From assembly GCA_963827235.1 (NCBI GenBank), contig CAWHAE010000010.1:704001-768000 (forward strand): a stretch of DNA of 64,000 nucleotides, read 5' to 3'. A program made the position numbers and the translations under genes. The stretch comes from an uncultured bacterium. Lineage in GTDB: Bacteria; Chloroflexota; UBA5177; JANWHV01. Shown piece after piece: positions 1 through 9,453 of this stretch. Position 1 is the first letter of the stretch. Each line of letters opens with the position of its first letter. A model generated the notes under the pieces. That model was not told the origin of the DNA, searched no databases, and saw only the letters and a list, made by a program, of their open reading frames with translations.

Positions 1-1431
1 CTCGAGGAGTTGCAGAACCTCTACGTACGCGCCCTGGCGCCTCTGCTGGTCGCGGCAGTTGCCACGGTCGCAACGCTCCTGCTGCTCACCGCCTACAGCG
101 TGCGCATCGCCCTAGTCGCCCTTCCCTTCTTGCTGCTGGCCGGCATCGCGTTACCCCTGCTCCTGCACCGGCTTGCCTCTGCCCTGGGATCGCGGCGCCT
201 GGCCCTGCGGGCCGATCTGCAGTCAACGGTGATCGACGGCGTGGAAGGGATGGCCGATCTGCTGGCATTCGGCAGCGTGGAGTCCCAGGCGGATCGCATA
301 GCCACGCTGGACCGCAGGCTGGCCTCGCTGCAGGAACGAGAGGCCATGGTGACCGGATTGCAGCTCGGCGCGGGCATCCTCTTGCCGGGCCTGGCCAGTG
401 CGGCGGTGGTGCTGTGCGCGATCTCGTTGGTCCGCGACGGCCGCCTCTCCGGCGTGATCGTGGCCTGCCTGGTCGTGATCGTGCTGACCAGCTTCGAGGC
501 GCTGGCGCCGGTGGCAACGGCGTTCCAGCACCTGGGCCGATCGCTGGCCGCTGGTCGGCGGCTGTTCGAGGTGGCGGACCTTCAGCCGGCCGTGACAGAC
601 CCTGCCAGTCCGCGACCGCTCGCCGGGTGGGACGGTCTCGACTTCGACCGGGTGAGCTTCCGCTATCGCGAGGGCGAGCCGGCTGCGCTGGACGGCGTGA
701 GCTTTCACCTGCCGGCCGGCGGTCGCCTGGCCGTGGTGGGAGCCAGCGGGTCGGGCAAGAGCACGCTGGCGGCGCTGGTGGCGCGACAATGGGATCCCGA
801 GTCGGGCGAGATCCGGCTCGGCGCGCATCCGCTGAGCGAGTACGCGCTGGACGAGCTGCGGGACGGGATAGGCATGGTCGGCCAGTCGCCGTACCTGTTC
901 AGCGACACGCTCAGGTGCAATCTCCTGCTCGGCAGGCCGGAGGCTACCGGCGACGAACTGCGGGAAGTCCTTCGCGCGACCAAGCTGGAGGGCTGGGTAG
1001 GCAGGCTGCCCGAGGGCGTGGACACCTGGGTGGGATCGGAAGGCACGCAGATTAGTGGCGGAGAGCGGCAGCGCGTGGCGATCGCCCGCGCCCTGCTCAA
1101 GGATCCGCGCCTGCTGATCCTCGACGAAGCGACGGCGAATCTCGATCCGCTGACCGAGCGCGACGTACTGGACGCCGTGCTCAAGCGAATGGCCGGCCGA
1201 ACCGTACTGCTGATCAGCCACCGGCTGGTACACATGGAGGCCATGGACGAGATTCTTGTCCTCGAGCGCGGGCGCGTCGTGGAGCACGGCACGCACGCCG
1301 AGCTGATGGCGGCCGGCGGTCGTTACTGCCGGATGGTGCACCTGCAGGACGAGTGGCTCGACCTGGAGGTGCCCTCTGTCGCCGAGGCCTCGGAGATTTC
1401 AGGTGCCTCGTCGGAGCTGATAGTGGCGTGA
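1..1431 (+). CDS. cydC: Thiol-reductant ABC exporter subunit CydC (5' end outside window)
   Basis: Frame open from base 1; TM domain followed by Walker A GASGSGKS, signature ISGGERQR and Walker B LLILDE; directly upstream of cydAB. Confidence 0.88.
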   Translation, partial: LEELQNLYVRALAPLLVAAVATVATLLLLTAYSVRIALVALPFLLLAGIALPLLLHRLASALGSRRLALRADLQSTVIDGVEGMADLLAFGSVESQADRIATLDRRLASLQEREAMVTGLQLGAGILLPGLASAAVVLCAISLVRDGRLSGVIVACLVVIVLTSFEALAPVATAFQHLGRSLAAGRRLFEVADLQPAVTDPASPRPLAGWDGLDFDRVSFRYREGEPAALDGVSFHLPAGGRLAVVGASGSGKSTLAALVARQWDPESGEIRLGAHPLSEYALDELRDGIGMVGQSPYLFSDTLRCNLLLGRPEATGDELREVLRATKLEGWVGRLPEGVDTWVGSEGTQISGGERQRVAIARALLKDPRLLILDEATANLDPLTERDVLDAVLKRMAGRTVLLISHRLVHMEAMDEILVLERGRVVEHGTHAELMAAGGRYCRMVHLQDEWLDLEVPSVAEASEISGASSELIVA

Positions 1432-1559
1432 TGGGCTGAAAGCGGGAGGTGGAATGGCGGAGGAATGAGTCGGTCACCGGTCACCACGTCAATCCAACAG
1501 TGCTCATAGGTATTCGTCTGTGAGGAGCGGTGCCCCACCGCTGTTAGGGGAGAGACTGC

Positions 1560-2951
1560 ATGAACGATCCTACGCTGGTTTCGCGGTTCCAGTTCGCGTT
1601 TACTGTCACATACCACTATCTGTTCCCGCAGTTGACGATGGGCCTGGCGCTGCTGCTGTTCATCACCAAGAGTCTCTATATGCGGACTCACCAGGAGCGC
1701 TACAACGATGCAGCACGTTTCTGGGGCCGTATCTTCGCTCTCACATTCGTGATGGGCGTGGTCACCGGCGTGCCCATGGAGTTCCAGTTCGGCACCAACT
1801 GGGCCAAATTCTCGACACAGTCCGGTAACGTGATCGCCCAATTGCTGGCCATGGAAGGGGCCTTTGCCTTCTTCCTGGAATCCGCCGCCCTGGGCGTGTT
1901 TCTGTTTGCCGAGCGCATGTTCGGCCACCGCATCCACTGGCTTGCCTCGCTGTTCGTGTTCATCGGGTCCTGGGCGTCGGCCTACTTCATCGTGGCCACG
2001 AACGCTTGGATGCAGCACCCGGTAGCCTACAGGTTGCTGCCGGACGGCAGGCTCGACTTGAAGGACTACTGGGGCCTGCTGTTCAATTCCTGGGTCGGGC
2101 CCGAGTACTTCCACGTCATGTGCGGCACGGCCGTAACGGCCAGCTTCACCATGGCGGGCCTGGGCGCCTTCTACGTGCTGGCTCGCCGGCACGTCGAGTT
2201 CGGCAAGCTCTTCATCAGCGTCGGCGTGTGCGTGGGCCTGGTGGCCAGCATCCTGCAGCTCATGCCGTCGGGCGACATGTCGGGCGTGCAGGTGGCCCAC
2301 GATCAGCCCACGACGCTGGCGGCCATGGAGGGGCTGTTTACCAGCGAGAACGGAGCCGGCATCGCGATCATCGGCCAGCCCAACATGGGCGCGAATCGCC
2401 TGGACAATGGGCTGATCGTGCCGAAGATGCTCAGCTTCCTCAGCTATCGATCCTGGAACCAGAACATCAAGGGCCTGGAGTCCTTCGCACGGGACCTGTG
2501 GCCGGACAACGTCCCGTTCCTCTATTACGCCTATCACATGATGGTCGGGCTGGGGACGTTCTTTATCCTGATCATGGCCCTGTCCGTTCTCCTGTTGTGG
2601 CGCAAGCGCCTGTTCGACTTCCGGCCCATGCTCTGGGTGCTCATGCTTGCCCTGCCGTTCCCCTTCATCGCCAATACATCGGGCTGGTTCACGGCCGAGC
2701 TGGGCCGGCAGCCCTGGCTGGCATTCGGCGTGCTGCGCACCGGCACGGGCGGCTCACCGGCCCTCGACGGCGGCACAGTAGTGTTCACGCTGATCGGCAT
2801 GTGCGGCATGTACATGGTCCTGGGCCTCCTCTACCTCGTGCTGGTGCTGCGCGAAGCCGCGCACGGCCCGGAAGCAAGCGAGGACCCGCTGGGCGCGCCG
2901 CCGGCCTCCGGTCCGGGCAAGCCTCGGCGTGAGATGGCAGTGCTGGATTGA
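1560..2951 (+). CDS. cydA: Cytochrome bd ubiquinol oxidase subunit I
   Basis: RFQFAFT..HYLFP, MEFQFGTNW, NAWMQHP, QPTTLAAMEG and ELGRQPW motifs; purine-rich SD upstream. Confidence 0.96.
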   Translation: MNDPTLVSRFQFAFTVTYHYLFPQLTMGLALLLFITKSLYMRTHQERYNDAARFWGRIFALTFVMGVVTGVPMEFQFGTNWAKFSTQSGNVIAQLLAMEGAFAFFLESAALGVFLFAERMFGHRIHWLASLFVFIGSWASAYFIVATNAWMQHPVAYRLLPDGRLDLKDYWGLLFNSWVGPEYFHVMCGTAVTASFTMAGLGAFYVLARRHVEFGKLFISVGVCVGLVASILQLMPSGDMSGVQVAHDQPTTLAAMEGLFTSENGAGIAIIGQPNMGANRLDNGLIVPKMLSFLSYRSWNQNIKGLESFARDLWPDNVPFLYYAYHMMVGLGTFFILIMALSVLLLWRKRLFDFRPMLWVLMLALPFPFIANTSGWFTAELGRQPWLAFGVLRTGTGGSPALDGGTVVFTLIGMCGMYMVLGLLYLVLVLREAAHGPEASEDPLGAPPASGPGKPRREMAVLD

Positions 2952-2964
2952 AAGGAGGGAGTCC

Positions 2965-4023
2965 ATGCAAACGCTTTGGTTCATACTCGTAGCCGTGATG
3001 ATCGGGATCTACGTCGTGCTCGACGGCTTCGACATCGGCGTGGGCGCCCTGCACCTGGTGATGGCGCGCACACCTGCCGAACGGCGCGTGGTGCGACGTA
3101 CCATCGGTCCCGTCTGGGACGCCAACGAGGTGTGGCTGCTGGCCGGCGGCGGGGCGCTCTTCTTCGCCTTCCCGGCGTTGTACAGCGCCGGGTTCAGCGG
3201 ATTCTATCTACCGCTGTTCGTAGTGCTGTGGCTGCTCATGCTGCGCGCGGTGGCGATCGAGTTCAGCGGCCATGTCGACCACGAGATGTGGACGCAGTTC
3301 TGGGACGTCGTGTTCTGCGGCGCCAGCGCCCTGCTGGCGATCTTCTTCGGCGCCGCGCTGGCAAACGTGGTCCGCGGAGTGCCGCTGGACAAGACGCACT
3401 CCTTCTACGTGCCGTTGTGGAGCACGTTCGATCCGCGCAGCATGCACCCCGGCGTCCTGGACTGGTACACGGTGCTGATCGCCGTGCTGGCATTCGCGAC
3501 GCTCTGCCTGCACGGCGCCAACTACCTGGCGCTCAGGACCGACGGGGACATTCGCACGCGCGCGCGGGTTGCCGGGCGCTTCGCCTGGCTGGCGACCATC
3601 GTGCTCACAGTGCTGGGCACGATCGGCACACACTACGTGCGCGACAACATGTTCGACAACTTCAAGACCTATCCCTGGGGTGTCATCCTGCCGATCCTGG
3701 CCGTCGCCGGGCTGCTTGGCATGGGCTACGCGGTCGCGCGGCAGCGCGACGACGTGGCGCTGCTGTCGTCGACCGCTTATATTCTGGGCATGCTGACCAG
3801 CACAGTCTTCGTGCTCTACCCGCTCGTGCTTCCGGCCAAGGACGCCGCGTTCAATCTGACCATCCACAACGCATCGACGAGCGAGTACGGCCTGGAGGTC
3901 GGTCTGCGCTGGTGGCTGGTGGGCATGGTCCTGGCCGCCATCTACTTCGTGACCGTCTACCGCCTGTTCCGGTCCAAGGTTCGCCCGAGCGACGTGACGG
4001 AGGCGCAGCCTTACGGCGGCTGA
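2965..4023 (+). CDS. cydB: Cytochrome bd ubiquinol oxidase subunit II
   Basis: YVVLDGFDIGVG and IGPVWDANEVWL motifs; ATG at 2965 after SD AAGGAGG. Confidence 0.96.
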   Translation: MQTLWFILVAVMIGIYVVLDGFDIGVGALHLVMARTPAERRVVRRTIGPVWDANEVWLLAGGGALFFAFPALYSAGFSGFYLPLFVVLWLLMLRAVAIEFSGHVDHEMWTQFWDVVFCGASALLAIFFGAALANVVRGVPLDKTHSFYVPLWSTFDPRSMHPGVLDWYTVLIAVLAFATLCLHGANYLALRTDGDIRTRARVAGRFAWLATIVLTVLGTIGTHYVRDNMFDNFKTYPWGVILPILAVAGLLGMGYAVARQRDDVALLSSTAYILGMLTSTVFVLYPLVLPAKDAAFNLTIHNASTSEYGLEVGLRWWLVGMVLAAIYFVTVYRLFRSKVRPSDVTEAQPYGG

Positions 4024-4053
4024 GCACGGCACATGCGCGGCACACGAGCATCT

Positions 4054-4082
4054 GAAGGGGCGGCCAACGCGGCCGCCCCTTC
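4054..4082. terminator. Stem-loop between convergent cydB and SBP genes
   Basis: Perfect 12-bp inverted repeat GAAGGGGCGGCC-aacgc-GGCCGCCCCTTC. Confidence 0.6.
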
Positions 4083-4166
4083 GGCGCCAGGCGAGGGCGC
4101 CTTCTGCCCGAGTCCACTGCCTGCTCTTGCCTACGCGGAGTCAGACTCGGCGCGGTGCTTGCAGCC

Positions 4167-5402
4167 TCATTGCCATCGCGGCTTGGGGAACTCCGGCACC
4201 GCGGCAGCTGCCGACTCTGGAAAGACCGGCAGGAATATGCCATTCTGCCATTGGAAGAGATAGGCCTCTGCCCGGATGTTCCGGCCCGCGCGGTCGAACT
4301 CGACGAGCCCTTGCACGCTGTTATACGTGCCCAAGTGCAGCGCCACGGTGAGCGACGCGTTATCGAGACTGTGCAATCTCGTGACTGCCTGGGACAAAAC
4401 CTGGCCGACTGCGTACGCCTCCGCAACGTCGGCACTGATGGAGTCCGCCGTGCCGCCATATCTGGCCAGATACGCCTTCACCATGTCTGCGTTGGCCAGC
4501 GTGCCGGCTTCCGGATACCAGCCGTTGGGTACGAAGATGCCCTCCGCATTCCGCAGGCCGACCGCATCCGTAAACTCCCTGCCTTGGTCTGGTCCGGACG
4601 TGGCGATCAGGGCTTCCGGGTTGTAATGCGTCTGGCGGAACCTGGAGACAAGGGCCACACTGTCGGCGAAGTACGTGCCCAGCACGGCGACCTGAGCCTG
4701 CGAGTTCGCCACCTTGTCGGCAACAGGCGCGTAGTTGGTGGTCGAGGGTGAGTAGGTGACGTTGCAGATGGTGCGCACGCCGCCTTTCTCCAGCAGGGAT
4801 CGCGCAAGGGCGACTTGCGGCTCGGCAAAAGGATCGTCCTCGGTGGCGTAGGCGGCCGTCTTGGGGCGCAGGCTGGCCGGCAGCGAGAGGATGTAGCGTG
4901 TGAAGCTGGTCAGGAGATTGACCACCGGCAGGGAGACGTCGAAGACGTTGCGCAGCCCACGTGTGAATACGCTGGGCCCCCCGCCCGCACCCTCCACAAG
5001 CGCGTAGCCGTAGCGACCGGCCACCACGGACGCGGGTAGAGTCAGCAAGGTGGAGAACGGTCCGAACAGCAGATTCACGTGGTCGCGCGCGATCAGCTGC
5101 TGGTAGTTGGCGGTCACGCGCGACGCGCTGCTGCCGTCGTCCAGGATGCGGATAGTCACAGGTCGGCCCAGCAAGCCACCGGACTTGTTGACGGCATCCT
5201 CCCACAGCAGATAGCCCTGCTTGAACGCCAGCCCATCGGCGGCGAAGTTGCCCGTGAGGGAGAGCGAGGCGCCGATGACGATGGGCGGCCGGGCCCCGTC
5301 CGAGGCTGCCAGCACGCCGGTACCCCAGCTGCCCGCCACCAGACAGGCAACGCAGGCCAGGCAGTACAGCCTCGTCCAGATGTGCGGCGCTGTGCCCTCC
5401 AT
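4167..5402 (-). CDS. Branched-chain amino acid-type (LivJ/K-like) ABC substrate-binding protein, no adjacent permease
   Basis: N-terminal signal peptide; IGASLSLTG, NKSGGLLGRPV..DDGS, LLFGPFST motifs. Confidence 0.85.
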   Translation of the reverse strand: MEGTAPHIWTRLYCLACVACLVAGSWGTGVLAASDGARPPIVIGASLSLTGNFAADGLAFKQGYLLWEDAVNKSGGLLGRPVTIRILDDGSSASRVTANYQQLIARDHVNLLFGPFSTLLTLPASVVAGRYGYALVEGAGGGPSVFTRGLRNVFDVSLPVVNLLTSFTRYILSLPASLRPKTAAYATEDDPFAEPQVALARSLLEKGGVRTICNVTYSPSTTNYAPVADKVANSQAQVAVLGTYFADSVALVSRFRQTHYNPEALIATSGPDQGREFTDAVGLRNAEGIFVPNGWYPEAGTLANADMVKAYLARYGGTADSISADVAEAYAVGQVLSQAVTRLHSLDNASLTVALHLGTYNSVQGLVEFDRAGRNIRAEAYLFQWQNGIFLPVFPESAAAAVPEFPKPRWQ

Positions 5403-5468
5403 AACCGTGCCCTCCCCGTTGTCGCTGCCTGCAACACCGCGACCTTCCGCCGCGCGCTTGCCAGCCGT

Positions 5469-7472
5469 CTACGTCTGGCGCGCTGCTTGCGCGCGACTCT
5501 GCTGCCTCAGGTGAAAATGAGCCGGCGACGCGACACGCTGCTGGCGCGGCACCATCATGAGAGTCGAGGCGGTTGCAAGCTCGAAGCTCGGGCGGCCGAG
5601 AAGATAGCCCTGCACCGCATGCACCTGGCGGTCCGGACTCTCGCGGGCTGCCTGGCAGAGAAAATCCAGCATCGCCTCGTTCTCTATCCCTTCGGCGATC
5701 ACGAAGGTGCCCGCCTCGAGCGCGAATGCGAGAATCGCGGCCAAGACCGATCGAGCCGTGGTGTCGACCAGCGCCCCAGCCACGATCTCGCGGTCAACCT
5801 TGAGATAGTCGACCGGTACCATGCGCAACATGTCCAGCCCGGTATACCCCACGCCCATGTCGTCCAGGGCGATGTTGAATCCAAGCTCGCGCAGGCGCTT
5901 GGTCTCGCGACGGACTACCGCCGGCCGCGCCAGGCAGCGCTCCGTGATCTCCAGTACCACGCGTTCTGGCGACAGCCCGGCAGCGCGGACTGCCCGTGCG
6001 AAGGATTCGCCTGTGAAGGCCGGGTGCTCAAGCGACTGGGGCGAGAGGTTGATGAATAAGAGCACACCGGCGGGCAGCTCGTGCGCGCGGAGTAGCACGG
6101 ACTCGCGGCACAGCGCGTCGAGCTCCGGGCCGCGGCCCACGTGTTCGGCAACATCAAAGGCTTCCTGCGGCCCCGCCAGACCGTAGTCCTCGCCAGGTCT
6201 GGCCAGCGCCTCGTAGCCCAGCAGCGAGCCACTCTCGAGCTGCCAGATGGGCTGGAAAGCTACGCGCATCCGCCTCTCGTCCAGCAGCCGCAGGACAGCA
6301 TGTACTTTGGCGGTAGTGAAGATGCCTGCCGTTTCCTGGATCTCCGCAAAGGTCACGACGATATTGCGGCCGCGTCGCTTGGCCTCATAGAGCGCCGCAT
6401 CAGCCTGCTCGCGCAACGACGCAATATCCCCCTTCCCCTGTGCCACGGTCGCGATGCCGACGCTCAGGGTGGCCCCCAAAAGCTGCCGCTCCGCCGCAGC
6501 CCGCAGATGATTCAGGGCGGCAACCGCACCGAGGTCTCCCGACATAGCCATGATCAGCGCGAACTCGTCGCCTCCGATGCGGAAAGCCCGGTCCTCGGCA
6601 CGGCCGGAACGCAGGAGCGTACCCAGTTCCGCCAGCACGTGGTCCCCGTGGCCGTGTCCATGGCGATCATTGATTTGCTTGAAGCCGTCGACGTCGATTA
6701 CCGCCAGCACCAGCACCTCACCGCGGCGCTGCGCGGCGGCAAACTGTGCTTCCAGCTCCTCAAGGTAAGCCCGATGGTTGCCCAGGCCGGTGAGGTTGTC
6801 GGTCAGGGCGCGCTGCTGCAAATGCTCGATCTCGGACCGCGCGATCGCATCGATGTGGCGCTGGTAGAAGCGAAACAGGAAGCCGAAAACGACGAGCAGG
6901 AGGAGTCCCGGTGCAAAGGTTACGATGGTAGCCGTGCGGACAAACTGCTCCGACCGGGTCTGCGTGCGCATGCTTGCCGTAAGCTGCCGAGTCGTGGCGT
7001 CGGACGCGTCAGAGATGAGCTGGTCCATCGACCGGAACAGCGGCTCGATTTCGAGGTTGTCGATCGATACTCCAATCTGGAGCTGACCTTTGTCGAGTGT
7101 GGAGAAAAACCATCTCGTGACCGTGACGAAGCGGGCCTGCAGCGTCTCTAGCTGTGTGAACGTGGGTTCGTCCGCCGGACTGCCGGTGCGGCCGGCCTGG
7201 AGCAAGGCCGTCCGCACCGCGTCCGTGCGCGCCTGGAATTGCCGGCGCGCGTCATCGGGCTGCAGGTAGTACTCTCGCTGCAGGGAGATCTCCTGGTCGA
7301 CGCGGTGTCGCAAGTCTTGCAGCACGTCGTTGCGGTCGACCTCAGCCGTGACCTGAGCGGTCACCTGGCGCGTCAGCAGCGCGCCGCCCAGGCCCACTGT
7401 GACCAGCAGGACCAACACGATGGTCATGCCCATCGTAGCAAGAGTACCCAGATGGCGCGACCATCCCGTCAC
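5469..7472 (-). CDS. Membrane-anchored diguanylate cyclase/phosphodiesterase (2 TM, helical extracellular region, GGDEF, EAL)
   Basis: DNLTGLGN, RIGGDEF, YEALAR, ALDDMGVG, EGIE, QGY; two hydrophobic segments flank an N-terminal helical region. Confidence 0.9.
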   Translation of the reverse strand: MTGWSRHLGTLATMGMTIVLVLLVTVGLGGALLTRQVTAQVTAEVDRNDVLQDLRHRVDQEISLQREYYLQPDDARRQFQARTDAVRTALLQAGRTGSPADEPTFTQLETLQARFVTVTRWFFSTLDKGQLQIGVSIDNLEIEPLFRSMDQLISDASDATTRQLTASMRTQTRSEQFVRTATIVTFAPGLLLLVVFGFLFRFYQRHIDAIARSEIEHLQQRALTDNLTGLGNHRAYLEELEAQFAAAQRRGEVLVLAVIDVDGFKQINDRHGHGHGDHVLAELGTLLRSGRAEDRAFRIGGDEFALIMAMSGDLGAVAALNHLRAAAERQLLGATLSVGIATVAQGKGDIASLREQADAALYEAKRRGRNIVVTFAEIQETAGIFTTAKVHAVLRLLDERRMRVAFQPIWQLESGSLLGYEALARPGEDYGLAGPQEAFDVAEHVGRGPELDALCRESVLLRAHELPAGVLLFINLSPQSLEHPAFTGESFARAVRAAGLSPERVVLEITERCLARPAVVRRETKRLRELGFNIALDDMGVGYTGLDMLRMVPVDYLKVDREIVAGALVDTTARSVLAAILAFALEAGTFVIAEGIENEAMLDFLCQAARESPDRQVHAVQGYLLGRPSFELATASTLMMVPRQQRVASPAHFHLRQQSRAQAARQT

Positions 7473-7820
7473 GGAGTCAGTTCCCTGCTACTTTCGCCGG
7501 CGTCCGCATTCAGCCAAGCTATCGCGTAGGGCCGCACACGCCACGCGACCAGATCGACGTGATCCCCGACCAATTATCGCCTTGCCTCATCGCGCGTGCC
7601 ATGGCCCAATCGTGTTTGAATCGGATTGCGCCGCGGCAGATCTCGTCCACGATCGAACGGTCTCAGTCGAGGGCGACCCGCTGCTGCATCAGCTTGCCAT
7701 GCGGGACCGTTCTCGCTCGCCGCGCCATCTCAAGTTCAACGAAAGGTGGAATAGTGCCAGGAACGCCTGGCGCCCAAGACACGGTCTCTCAGGTTGGACA
7801 GGCACGATACCTGCGGTCTG

Positions 7821-8270
7821 AGCGGAGTGACAGTGTCCGGCGGCCCCGGTGGTGCAGACGGGCAAGCTCGGGCGACACATATGTAGTGCGACGGAGTTGC
7901 ATACAAATCGGCAGTCGTAGCTCTTGTGCTGTATGGAGACCGGTTGCGGATCGGCATGGCTGCTGGGGAGGGCTGGTTCCCGTTTGGTCTGGAGCGCGTC
8001 GTCACCAGAGCCAAGGAGAACGTGGTCTACGAGTTTGACGGCCAGTCTGCTCTGGATCTCTCCAAGCGGTACCTGGGCGAGCACGCACGGCGCCTTCCGC
8101 AGAACGCACTCATGTTTCCACTGGTCATGCGGTTCGCCGACACAAACGGCGTCGTGGTCCGCGGCGTCACCGGGATTAGCGAGGAGGAACACAGCCTCAC
8201 CTTCGCCGGCGACGTGCTGAAAGGGCCTGCCGGGAGCACGTTCCGCTTCGTGCTGCCGGCGTATTGTTGA
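7821..8270 (+). pseudogene. FIST sensory-domain fragment with in-frame stop, ending in a histidine-kinase-like tail
   Basis: GVTVSGG..ADG, then TAG at 7884-7886, then GWFPFGLERVVTRAKENVVYEFDGQSAL..FPL..SLTFAGDV (FIST-like) and GSTFRFVLP. Confidence 0.65.
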
Positions 8271-8352
8271 CGGCAACGGTACCGGCCCTGGTCGCGTTGT
8301 TTCCAGCTGCCTCCAGCTGTGCGGCAAGCAGGCGAACGACACCGGCAGCGGC

Positions 8353-9201
8353 TCAGCAGCGGCCGGAGAGCACCTCCGTGCGGGGCGCCGCGGCGATCCT
8401 GGTATCGTTCAGCCAGTCGAGCAGTGCGGACGCTGTCAGGGCCTGGCTCAGGACATAGCCCTGCACAAGGTCACACCCCAGCGTGGCCAGGACGTTCCGG
8501 GTGTCTCGATCCTCAACGCCTTCGGCGACGACGCGCAGGCCCAAGCTATGGCCTAGACCGATCGTGGAGGCCACGATGATGGCGTCGGTAGAGTCCGCCG
8601 TCATGTCCCGTACAAAGCTTTGGTCGATCTTGAGCTCGCTGACGGGCAAGCGTTTGAGATAGGCAAGCGAGGAGTATCCAGTGCCGAAATCGTCGATAGC
8701 AAGCTCGATGCCCAGTGCAGCGAGCCGGTGGAGCACCGCGGCGGACCGAGCAGGGTCGTTCATGACGGCGCTCTCGGTCAGTTCGAGCCGCGGCAGGTCC
8801 GGCGGTACATGGTGCCGCGCAAGCAGGCCGGCGACGGTCTCCGGCAGCGAGGCATCGTGCAAGTTCCAGGCGGAGAGATTGACCGCCACGACGAGCGGGT
8901 GGCCGGCCGACTGCCAGGAGCGGCACTGCAACAGAGCGGTGTCCAGAACCTGTTGGGTCAGCATGCCAATGAAGCCGGTGCTCTCGGCCAGGGAGATGAA
9001 CTGGTCAGGGGCGACGAAGCCACGGCTTGGATGCTGCCAGCGCACCAGCGCTTCGACCGACGTGACCTCGCCGGTGTCGACATCGGCCTGCGGCTGGTAG
9101 TGGACGTCGAGACGATTCTGCTCGAGCGTCTGGCGGAGATCGGCCACGAGCGCAAGACGCTCGGGACTCGTGTTGTCCTCGGACGGCAGGTGGAAGCCCA
9201 C
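8353..9201 (-). CDS. Stand-alone EAL c-di-GMP phosphodiesterase, probably an N-terminally truncated GGDEF-EAL gene
   Basis: HYQP, VEALVRW, AVNLS, LELTES, IDDFGTGYSSL, KID, EGVE and QGY all intact; begins in a typical GGDEF-EAL linker. Confidence 0.8.
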   Translation of the reverse strand: MGFHLPSEDNTSPERLALVADLRQTLEQNRLDVHYQPQADVDTGEVTSVEALVRWQHPSRGFVAPDQFISLAESTGFIGMLTQQVLDTALLQCRSWQSAGHPLVVAVNLSAWNLHDASLPETVAGLLARHHVPPDLPRLELTESAVMNDPARSAAVLHRLAALGIELAIDDFGTGYSSLAYLKRLPVSELKIDQSFVRDMTADSTDAIIVASTIGLGHSLGLRVVAEGVEDRDTRNVLATLGCDLVQGYVLSQALTASALLDWLNDTRIAAAPRTEVLSGRC

Positions 9202-9453
9202 AGCCTGATGAGCACCGACGGGAAATCACTCCTGTTTTGGCGGACATTTGACTGGTTGACAGGCTACAGGTTCTCTTCGTAGACTTCCCCCGACGTATGC
9301 CGAGCCGGGGTGGCGCGGATGACAGTCGACGATTCGCTCGTGCCGCAGTATCACTCGATCACGCTGTCCCTGTTTTGCAGCTGGAAGGAATCACACACTG
9401 TTGACCACCACAATGACCAATGAAGAAATACAGATCGTAAGGAGTTAGGGGAT

